Part shown: positions 37,101-49,100 of the stretch, piece by piece
Numbering within the stretch: position 1 is the stretch's first letter
Layout: every line of letters begins with the position of its first letter
NCBI GenBank assembly: GCA_051294375.1
Contig: CM119267.1
Coordinates: 25,931,293-25,995,292, forward strand
Length of the DNA stretch: 64,000 nucleotides
DNA from: Paraspadella gotoi
Lineage: Eukaryota > Animalia > Chaetognatha
Direction: 5' to 3'
Program-made: the position numbers and the translations under genes
The notes under the pieces: model-generated
The model's database searches: none
Told to the model about the DNA's origin: nothing
What the model saw: the letters and a program-made list of their open reading frames with translations, nothing else

Positions 37101-40100
37101 CAGTAAATATGAACATTCAAGATGAGTAGATTTTAATTTTTTTTTTCCTTCTTGAAATTTTTATTTAAGGGGACCCAGTGATAAAAATGATATCATAAGC
37201 TTAAGGGTCTATCATCAAAGGAATTTGAATGGTGATAGTCATTAATTTTTCTTTGCACGGGAAAGTGGCAAAAAAATTCCTATCTCTTAATGTAGCGGAA
37301 ACAAAAATTTTATAATTATGAAAAAAAAATTTAGTTGACCCTACCTAAATATTATATAATCCATTATTTTATTTTTGCATTAGAAAAGTATTTTTTACTA
37401 AATTCCAATTTTTTATTTTTTATTGTACAAAGCTATATTTTTAGGTTTAAGCCTCATTGAACAAAGGCTTTACAAGACTAATATTTTTTATTTTTATATT
37501 TACTTAAAAGCAGACAAATCAAACCTAAATTCTATTCTTACAGAAACAAAACTGTAATAATTATTAATTAATATTCATATTCATCCTTAAATGTATAATT
37601 AAACTATATTGATTCCTAATTATAACAATTAAAAATTTAGTAAAAGTACAGAATCTTTCTCTTCTTTTTATATTTATATTACTTCAAAAAGTTTTATTTT
37701 CATCCAATTAACAGAATCATTTGAAAAGAAAGTTTAAATAAAATCAGTCAATACCTTAAATTTTGATTCATTCCTTGTTTTTTTTCTTATAAATTTTTGT
37801 GATAAAAGCTGAAAATCTTTTTAAAATTAGATCTTACCCTTTTTTGGAAAAAAAATTTTAAACTTGAAAAAGATTTTCTTCTTACGATTTTTTAAAGAAA
37901 ATTAAGCTCGCTGATTTTATCGAATTTTTAACTACTTTCCCAAATGATTATAGAAGAAAAAATTATATGATCAGAACCAGCTTAAGTTAAAGGGTCAAAC
38001 GTTATGTTTTCAGCTTTTTACCCCCCCTGTTCACTTGGTCCCCTTAAGAAGAAATAAAAAGAAAGATATAAAAAATTTCTCTTTTTTCTATTTAAAAGAA
38101 AATTATCAATACAATTTAACACAATGATGTCTTGCTTTGTCAAATATGTCGCTAGCTATGTAATTTTTTAAAATTTTATTATGATAAACAAGCAGTTTGT
38201 CAAGCTTTTTGTTTGCAGTTGAAGATAATGAAAAGTGACGATTTTTTTTTCACAGGCAGGAAGGTCGATGTCCAGACTGTTTATATCAAGCTTAAAACAT
38301 TTTTGTATTTATCATTTTTCATATTTAAAAAGATATTTTATCAAGCTACTATATAAATTTTTGCTTGTTTTTTACTTTAACTGAAAAATACAAGCAATTT
38401 TATGCAGTAGAGAAAATTTAATGGTAATCAAAATGTAATTCAGTCTTCCTTTTTTCAATCACAAAAAGAAAACAAAAAATTCATATGCCTTCATCGCAAT
38501 TTTAAACACAAAAAATTGTTAACTTTTAAGGCCTGGGATCATTCAAACAAGAATTGCATAAAGCTTTATACAAATTATTTTTATGCAAAAGAAGTATATT
38601 TCCTTCGTGTTTCAAATAAAAAAACTTCAAATTTGACTAAGGTTCAGCTTCAAGAGCCACCCAAAAATCGGGCAATTTTTTTTATCGGTAAACTTAAAAA
38701 ATTTCATTCAAGACGGTAAAGTCATTTTTAAAAGCGAATTTTAATTCTTTATATTCAATTAACATCAGCTACCTCAGTGTAATACTAGTACCTAAAACCT
38801 AGTCATTCTTATGATGTAATTGGTAAATTAAGGATGAAAATATAAACGTTTATGTAGAGAGAGTGCAAAATACATATTTAATGATGCCTAATACCATTTT
38901 TTACTAAAAGAGTAATACAAAAATTGTACAATTTTTAAAAGTCAAAGACAATCGTCCATTGGCATCTGCAATCGGATCCTCTGAAATAGAAACTCTCTAT
39001 GGTGCAATAGATGGTCACTGATTCCACTGATGGACAATCGTTATGCTCTCCTCTTGCCAATTAGTTTCTGTTCCCCACATTCAAAACTGGCTTTAAAGCT
39101 TGACCGTTTGCCACAGACGAAAATAAGTAAACCCCTTGCAGCATTCCTCCTTGTTCACTCGTCCGTGTTTTGGTGTCTCAGCATTTTTTAAATTTAAAAA
39201 AAAAATTAAAAATTGGATAAAACTTCAGAGAACGGTAAAGCCATCATTTAAAATAGAAAATGAAAATAGATTTTACAAAAGCATGTCGATTTTAAAGTTC
39301 TTTGCTCGACTTTCAGTTCTGTAAAATCTACAGAAAAAAAATAAATAAAAAATAAATAACAAAAAGAGTTGGAGCGAAAACTGTTTGAAAAAAAATAAAC
39401 TAAAATTATTTTTCGTTAGTATGGAAATGTGAGAGAAATTCTATGAGAGGGATTTTTGAAATGTTATTCGTTTTCAAGATATTTAGATTTTAACGCCAAA
39501 ATTTCCTTATTCTTTTTTTTTTCCTATGAAGAAAAGTGAATTTGAAAATCCCTCTCATAGAATTGGGGACCTTCACCTCAAGTAAGATTATGTTAAATTT
39601 CATCAAAATCCGCTTCGCCGTTTGGGCTGCAACTCTTCCGATAGGTTTCTCTTTTATTTTATATAGTAATATAAAATTTGAAAAAAACACCAACGGTTTT
39701 GAAGAAATAGTAAAGTGAATACATTTTCGGAATCGACTGGACCTCTACTTTCAAAATCCAAGCTTTGTGGTTACCCTATTATAACTTTTGGCGAGTGATC
39801 CCAGGCCTTAACTATGATTTAAACAAAAGCTGTGTAAAGATTTATAGATGAAATTTAATTAAACTCTTTGAGAAAGGTGTCCCATGATTAGGGCTTTAAT
39901 TTGATACCACACTCACCTTGCTATCTCTTTTCTTTCAAAAGTTATCCAAGAAAATAACTTTTTTTACAATCGGAGAACTAAGGATTTGAACTACGCAGTA
40001 CAAATCTTTGTTAAATAAAAATTTCGGCAAGCGGGAGTATCTCACTTAATCCTATTGGTACAATACTTAAATTTTAAAATAATACTTAAAGAAAAAATTT

Positions 40101-43100
40101 TCTTCATCTAGAGACCTATCACTTTCAGATGTACACATTGTCTTGCTCATTTATGGCTTTTGCTTTAAGAAATCAGCAAAACGTTTCCTCTTTTTTTTTA
40201 ATAGTACTAGCGCGTCAGAAATCTTTAGAGAAACTCGAAAATTTTATTCTGATAAATTTTGCCTTTGAAGGCTGACGTTTATGACCATATCTCGAAACTA
40301 TTGTAGGAATTTTAAAACGGTTTTTTGCAAGTGAATATTGACATCATCCTCCAGGGACTGGCATAAAAATATATAAAAATAAATTAAAATTAGCTCTCAT
40401 ATGAGGTATCTAGTATATAAATTTGTGTGCGTTTTCTTTCTAAATACACTAGTTTCAATGCTTCCATTTCATTTAAAATTCTTATATCCAGGAAAGAAAA
40501 TTCATTTGTAGTTTGTGATTCAAAAGTAAACTGAATTCTTGGTTCTAGTTGGTTGGCGACTTCGCCATGGCGATATCGCCAGGGCTTTGGCGATGTCGCC
40601 AGTCCCCCACTGGCGACCTCGCCAGTGATAAAAGTAGCGAATATAATGAAAAGCGCAGCTAACACGGGGATGAGCATCACCTTCAGGCTCCTCTCCCAAC
40701 CCTAACCCTAAACCAAACCTCCCGTTCAACTCCATGCCTCTCCCTAACCCTAACCCAGGCCCAGCCTCCCGTAATCTCCGTGCCTCAACCCTAACCTAAC
40801 CGCCTTCGATGCATCAACCATGGGTCCTCCCACAACCCTAACCCTAAACCAAGCCTCCCGTTCAACTCCATGCCTCTCCCCTAACCCTAAACCAGGCCCG
40901 GCCTCCCGTACATCTCCGTACCTCAACCCTAACCCTAATTGCCTTCGATATATAACCCACGGCCTCTCTCCCAACCCTAACCCTAAACCGGGCCCAGGCC
41001 TCCCGTACATCTCCGTACCTCAACCCTAACCCTAATTGCCTTCGATATATAACCCACGGGCCTCTCTCCTAACCCTAAACCGGGCCCAGGCCTCCCGTAC
41101 ATTCTCCGTGCCTCAACCCGAACCCTAACGCGGGCCTCTTGGTCAACAACACCCTCCCTACCCCTATCCCTAAAATTGACATTAATAATAAGCCTAAAAT
41201 AAACTTAACTTAACTCAACCCTAACCCTAACCCTAAACTACTCAACCCAACCCTAAACTACTCAACCCTAACCCTAACTACTACCTACTCAACCCTAACC
41301 CTAAACCAACTCAACCCTAACCCTAATCTGAGTTTAGTTTAGGCGAAATCGCCATAACTAGAACGTAGATGTAGTTCACAGCTAAATCGCCAAATGGCGA
41401 GGGCGTCATGGCTAAGTCGCGATTTGGCGATTTCGACTGAACTACATCTAGCGTTCTAGTTATGGCGATTTCGCCTAAACTAAACTCAGATTAGGGTTAG
41501 GGTTGAGTTGGTTTAGGGTTAGGGTTGAGTAGGTAGTAGTTAGGGTTAGGGTTGAGTAGTTTAGGGTTAGGGTTGAGTAGGTTAGGGTTAGGGTTGAGTT
41601 AAGTTAAGTTTATTTTAGGCTTATTATTAATGTCAATTTTAGGGATAGGGGTAGGGAGGGTGTTGTTGATGACCAAGAGGCCCGCGTTAGGGTTAGGGTT
41701 GAGGCACGGAGATGTACGGGAGGCCTGGGCCCGGTTTAGGGTTAGGGTTGGGAGAGAGGCCCGTGGGTTATATATCGAAGGCAATTAGGGTTAGGGTTGA
41801 GGTACGGAGATGTACGGGAGGCCTGGGCCCGGTTCAGGGTTAGGCTTGGGAGAGAGGCCGTGGGTTATATATCGAAGGCAATTAGGGTTAGGGTTGAGGT
41901 ACGGAGATGTACGGGAGGCCGGGCCTGGTTTAGGGTTAGGGGAGAGGCATGGAGTTGAACGGGAGGCTTGGTTTAGGGTTAGGGTTGTGGGAGGGACCCA
42001 TGGTTGATGCATCGAAGGCGGTTAGGGTTAGGGTTGAGGCACGGAGATGTACGGGAGGCTGGGCCTGGGTTAGGGTTAGGGGAGAGGCATGGAGTTGAAC
42101 GGGAGGCTTAGTTTAGGGTTAGGGTTGGGGGAGGGGCCCGTGGTTGATGCATCAAAGGCGGTTAGGGTTAGGGTTGAGGCACGGAGATGTACGGGAGGCT
42201 GAGCCTGGGTTAGGGTTAGGGGAGAGGCACAGAGTTGAACAGGAGGTTTGGTTTAGGGTTAGGGTTGGGAGAGGAGCCTGAAGGTGATGCTCATCCCCGT
42301 GTTAGCTGCGCTTTTCATTATATTCGCTACTTTTATCACTGGCGAGGTCGCCAGTGGGGGGACTGGCGACATCGCCAAAGCCCTGGCGATATGCCATGGC
42401 GAAGTCGCCAACCAACTAGAACCACACCTGCAACTCGTGCGTGAATCGCCGGCGACATCGCTATTTGAATGAACTACAACTTAGGTTCAAAAGAATTAAT
42501 GTATGTCATAAAAGCATCTTCAGCAGAGATATCAATATTTGAATCCCCCATAAACAGAAACTAATTGAGACAAAAAACAATACTTTTTAAGATTTGTATT
42601 AAATATAAAACTAAAAATACTTAACCATACAGCAATCAAATATTTGAGATGACTTTTAATCAACTTTTTTAAAAAAATTTTCAACTTTTTTCAAATTCGT
42701 CAACTGAAGAGGAATTGTTTCATCAACTTTCTGCCATAGTATTATTAGTTCTTGAGTGATTTGCGTTGTTGCTATGCTTAAATCTTTGGCAGCGTTATAC
42801 ACTGCAGTATATATATAGTGCGAAACATAGGGAAGCGGGGAAAATTATTAATAGTGGTGCCACTGCTAAAATTAGCGTATATTGGTACCCATATTTATAT
42901 GAGACTATGCCTATTATAAGAATAAATTGATATTGATAGAAGAACCAGGAGAGTCTTGATTAAAAACTTGCAGGGACCTGCTATTTCATTATCTTATAGG
43001 ATGCAAGCCAACCACCATAACCTTTCCGAAATCAGGGGCAAGATAACCTACTTATTGAATGTATAAATAATTTATATTGATTATATTAATAAAATCAAAT

Positions 43101-46100
43101 TTATATAAAAAGTTAAATAAATAAAAAATAAAGTCAAAATAAAATTCTGTATAAGTCTCTCAAAAGAATAACTAAAATAATAGCTCACAAAAATTAATTC
43201 TATTCAGTATTATCGTTGTAACATTTAGCTTGATTAACATTTACATTAAGTTTTTAATAATTATTTTGACCAATTAAGTATTACATATTGTTTTTCTCAC
43301 ATATTACTATCTAATCTTACTATTTTATCTATTTTTGTTTCTTAATTTTGATCCACCCCATAGCGTTTTTTTTAAATATCTTATTTGGGTGCAATTGATA
43401 CCCCTTAAGCAGACAAACAGCTACATAACGTCATTTCGGGTATAAAAACACTGGTCGAAAAAAAAAAGGAATCTAATTGTAGAGGTCTACACAATAAAAA
43501 CAAAATTTTGATGGTTATGTAAGGTCGTTTAAGGTCGCTTAAGCTCGTTTTGGGCGTAGTTAACCATTACTTTTTTGTACCGTCGTCGTCGTTGTCACGC
43601 TGTTTTAACATTGAAAATAGCTCAAGTGTGTAACCATCGGAAGCTAAAAATTTAGATATTGCTTCTTATCATTGAGGTTTGTTTTATTTACAAAACAATT
43701 TTATATATATATAGACGAGTTCAGCTCTGCAGCGGTTGTCCAGCTCTCTCTCTCTTTTTAGACGGATCTGCTTTCAGCAGATCCCGACTCTAAAATTCAC
43801 TTTGTCGTCCGCCCCCTCAATCTTGTCGGGCATTCACTTACATAATGTCAGAACATCGAATTATGATAAATTATGCAAAAAAATGAGTCGTGATTGGGTG
43901 GTGGATTAGAATGAAATATTGTGTGTGGTAGGAAGTGTGTGATGAAGCTGGATATAAAGTTTCGATGGAATCGTGCGAGTGGAAATGAGTTTAAATGAAA
44001 AAAATATGAGTCACATTTACTTGAATCTTTTTACTTATTTTAACCCATAATTACTCAAATTAATCATAATTGAATTAATAGATTAAGATGAAATTTTCGT
44101 GTGCGGGTAGGAAAGTGTGTGAAGAAGCTAGATATAAAGTTTTGACGGAATTGTGCCAAGTAGAAATGAGTTTAAATGGAAAAAACATAGTCACATTTAT
44201 TTGAATCTTTATTATTTATGATTACTAATAAATGTGAAAATGATGCGAGTTGAAAAAATGATGCGAGTTGAAAAAAATGATGCGAGTGAAAAAAATGATG
44301 CGAGTTGAAAAAATGATGCCGAGTTGAAAAAATGATGCGAGTTGAAAAAATGATGCGAGTTGAAAAAATGATGCGAATTGAAAAAATGATGCGAGTTGAA
44401 AAATGATTGCGAGTTGAAAAAATGATGCGAGTTGAAAAAATGATGCGAGTTGAAAAAATGATGCGAGTTGAAAAAATGATGCGAGTTTGAAAAAATGATG
44501 CGAGTTGAAAAATGATGCGATAAAAATGATGGAGTTGAAAAAATGATGCGAGTTGAAAAATGATGCGAGTTGAAAAAATGATGGAGTGAAAAATGATGCG
44601 AGTTGAAAAAATGATGCGGTTGAAAAATTGATGCGAGTTTGAAAAAATTATTGCGAGTTGGAAAAATAGGAGTGAAATTATGCGAGTTGAAAAAATGATG
44701 CGATGTTGAAAAATGATGCGAGTTGAAAAAATTTTTTTAAAAATATTGTGATTTATCATCTGATTAGCTGATTACCGCTTAATTATCATAGGCAGATCTG
44801 ACATTGTTTGCTCCAACTTGTTTAAATATATGTCGCTCTCGCTCTTTTTAGTCGGATCTGCTTAGAAGCAGATAATTATAAGCTATAATTCACTTTGTCG
44901 GTCCGCCCCCTCAATATTGTCGGGCAACCACACATATCATGTCAGAAAATCGAATTAAGATAAATATGCAAAAAAAAAATGATGTCCGTCTGTCCCACCT
45001 TAGCAAAAAACTCCAATTATTTGTGATTGGATGGATGGATTTGAATAAAATTTTGTGTGTGGGTAGGAGAGTGTGTGATGGAGCTAGATATGAAGTTTCG
45101 ATGAAATCGTGCTAGTGGAAAAGAGTTTAAATGGAAAAAAACAAAAAAATATATTTCACTATTTAAACACCTGAAAATTTTGTATGTGGGTAGGAAAGTG
45201 TGTGATTAAGCTGGAAATCAAGTTTAGATGGAATCGTTCAAGTGCAAATGAGTTTAAATGTAAAAAACAAAAAAACCGGTTTCACTAATTGATTATGATT
45301 CTTTTTATTTTTATATTAAATGTAAATACAAGATGTATTAATTAATCAAATAATTAATCAGTAAATTAATCAATAAATTAATTATTAAATCAATCAATCA
45401 ATTATTTATCTATTAATTATTCTATCAATCAATTTATTTATCAATTAATTATTCAATCAATCAAGTCAATCGTTATTGGCATTATTGTCGTCATAGGCTT
45501 CATATTATAAAATGAAGTACCCCTTTTTTGAGACCAGAACACGTTCCGAGAAAACTACTGGACCAAATTTATTGAAATTTGAACGATCCTTACAATCCAT
45601 AGAACTATCGAGGCGAATTTCAATTTTTGTTTCAGAGTCTGGTCACAAAAAAGGGGTACCTCATTTTATAATATGAAGCCTTCTGTATATAAAATAATTT
45701 TTTTTATAATAGTCCCTCTCTATATCTGTTTATTTGTCCACCCCTATTATCTTGTTGGTAAATTACTTGGTTCATCTTAGAATACTGAATTATAAAAAAT
45801 TATGTGAAAAAATTGAATCCTTTCTTATTTTCATACATCTCTTTGTTCATCCATTTATCTGTAACTTAAACCTGTCATTACACTTGAGTGAATTGGTGGA
45901 TTGATCTGAAATTTTATGTGTGGCCAGAAAAGAGGTTGATTGAGCTTAATCTCAAGTTTGGACAATGATTGTAGTAAAAATCGATATTAATTAAAAAAAT
46001 AAAAAATAAATTTAACTCTTTATTTTTTCATTTTAAAAAATAGAAATATATAATAACAATAACAACAAAAATAATTATAAACATAACAACAACAATGACT

Positions 46101-49100
46101 CTTTCTCTTTCTCACTTTTTATCCCTTTTTATTTTTCTATCTTTCTCTCTCTCATTCTCTTTTTATCTCTCATTCTTTACTTAATACTTTTACCATTCCA
46201 ATTCATCTCCTCTATCTTCATACATTCATGTAAGCTTTGTTTTATTCATAAAAGTATAAACAACTTAAATTTAAAAAAATTAAATCTTTTTTTAAAAATT
46301 TTTAAAAAATGAACTGACCTATGCTCATTGAGAATTTTATTTCTATTCTAAAATAAAAGATATAAAAAAGAAAAAAATCAATCACATAGCTAGAAGTTTA
46401 TGGTACAGATGTTGTAGTTTGAACTGTTTCAAAATATACATACATGATTGCAATAACTTGACTTAATTTAAAATGACTTCCTTATCCTTTGCCTCAACAC
46501 AGGAGGAACACCATAAAGAAAGAAAGTAAAATCTTGAAAAAGTGGGGAAAAAATTTGTCATTTTAGTTTTCAAATTGATTGATCTGAAACTTAAAGTTTC
46601 TAAATTCAAAATTATAAAAAAATGGATCAGGAGCATCTCTGTTCGCTTATTTGGTATATTATTATTATTATTATTTTTAATATTTTTTAGCATATATGGT
46701 AACTGACAATCAAGGAGTACAAAATTTTGTCAGAGTTTTTTGTTATCACAGTCTGCTTTTTATTGCCTTTTTACTAATTTTCCTTTGTTGTAGATAAGCC
46801 AAGGGTTATGGTAAAAGTAAAGGTAGTCTGGTAGAACCAAACTCCTTCTGTTTCTGCTCTTCTGATTCGTCTAAAAACGAGTTAAGCTCTGCAACGGCTG
46901 TCCAGCTTTCTTCTATTTTTTTTTCTTTTTCTCTCTCTCTCTTTTTCTCTTTCTTTTTTTTTTCTTTTCTTCTCTTCTCTCTCTCTCTTGCTCACTCATT
47001 TGTTTTATTTACAATGAATGACTATCATCGCATCAATGAATGACTATCATCGCATCAATGAATGGCTCTATCATCGCATCATCAATGAATGACTATCATC
47101 GCATCAAGAATGATATCATCGCATCATGAATGACTATCATTCGGATCATGAATGACTATCATCGCATCATGATATCATCAATGAATGACTATCTCGTTAC
47201 AATGAATGACTCATTGTATCAATGAATGACTATCATCGTCAATGATGACATCATTCGCATCAATGATGATTATCATCATCTTAATGAATGATTATCATCT
47301 CATTAATGAATGATATCATCGGATCAATAAATGATTAATCAATCGTTCAAATAGATATTACATATCATAATTTGAGATTAATAACATATGCATCATATTT
47401 GGTATCGCATCAATATTTGGTTATCATCGCATCAATATTTGGTTAGAAAATCCTGTCTGCTTACTTATTTGGTATCAATAATCAATTACTATTACATCAA
47501 TCAATTATTATTACATCAATCAATTAAATAATATTACATCAATAATTTGTTATTGCATAAATCATTCGTTTGGTTTTTTTTCGGATTTTTTTATTAATTT
47601 TCTTTGATAGTAATGTCTGGCGAGATCACTATACTTCAATATTTTTTTATTAGCTTCATTTCCCCAAATACATCGAGCCGATATCGTCGGGCGAGGCCAA
47701 AGCCGAAGAGAGCCAAAAGCTTTGGCGTCAGATCCAACCCGTTCTGAGGGAATCGATTCAGTCGCTTTACCTTAGAGAGGTAAGAGAAGAACTATCAATT
47801 GAATTGAGTATTTAATTTGCTTGCAATATGAAATTCGTTGATGCTGCTTGTCAGGTCTCCAGCTCTCAGTGGGACCTTCAGTCTCTGGCGACGGAGAAAT
47901 CGGCGGACGAAGAATCTGAGGAGACGAACGTCTCCAACCCATCGTCGTCGTCTTCTTACGTCCGGTCCCGTCTCAACGTTGAGTTGCCCTTTTTCTCCAA
48001 ATTCCTCCTCTCCGCCGCCTACGTCGCCTCCTATAATCCCGCTTCCACCGATCGACGCTTCTTTTGCAAAAATCCCGGAAAGCTTCGAAAGTCTTTGAAG
48101 CTCATGAAAAAGTGAGGCGATTCGCTTTCTTAGTTATTTTATTCAATTTATGTGAATAATCGTTTTGCTTTCCCTATGTCAACAATTTTATTATTTTTAC
48201 AGAAGGCTTCATATTAGAAAATGCTCTTTAGTTTTTTCGAACCGAGATTCGGTTCCCATCAAACTACGAGACCGACATCGAGAAAATTTGCATGAACTAT
48301 AGGACAATAGAAATGGGATTTTTGAAATTTGACCTTTGACCCGAGATATGGGCCCCTTAGAGGTCAGCCCAGGTGGGCAAAAAATGAACAATATTTTTAT
48401 CTCGCATGACGGGGCAAAGCCCGTCTTGGCGAGATAAAGCGAAGGCCAGGCTTCTTTGTGACGTCGTCGTCGTCACGCTTTTTTGCAATCATGGCTTCTG
48501 AAAGTGTGATATCATAGGGAGTTGAATATTTATATATGGCTTCTAATCATCAAGGTCTTTAAAATTGTCATGTTTCATATCAATATTCGTATTTGTTTGT
48601 TTTATTTACAAAACAAAAACCTTTTATTTATATGTCGCTTTCTCTCTCTCTCTTTCTTTTAATTATATGTTGCTCTCTCTTTTTCTTAGTCACTGCTTTT
48701 TCTGATTTGTCGAAAAACGAGTTCCGGCTCTGCAGCGTCTGTCCTTCTTCTTTCTCTCTCTCTCTCTCTCTCTTTTTTTTCTCCCTTTTTTAAAAATTTA
48801 TATTGTAGCGGTAGTATTTCATACCCTGCTACTCGTCCAAGAATCAGCAGCACCTATGGCGCCGGAGGTAGCACGAGCTCCTCCCAACCCAAAGGACTTG
48901 GGTTCGCGCCCTGTTGATTCACACAAGTAAAAGCGGGACAGGGCGTCTAACCCACCTGTAGTGTCGGACTACAGCCCGATCCAAAGTTCGGGACCTTGTG
49001 TGCAACGGACGGCAAACTGCTCGTGGCATCGTCTTCCACATTGGTGAGCCCACACGAACACGCTGGCACGTTAGTACACCTCTGCCCGGGCAAGTTAACA

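Noticed and set aside
40540-42424. Telomere-telomere fusion scar
   Set aside because: A fusion gives TTAGGG then CCCTAA; here the order is reversed and the repeats are embedded in complex minisatellite units.
44172-44759. 195-aa repetitive ORF (also 28736-29016 and ORFs within 40750-42472)
   Set aside because: Translations of stop-free tandem repeats; no splice or homology support.
48200-48300. Extra ORC5 exon after TTTTACAG
   Set aside because: It is a MITE terminus, has no ORC5 similarity and runs into a stop; exon 48111 phases correctly to 55098.
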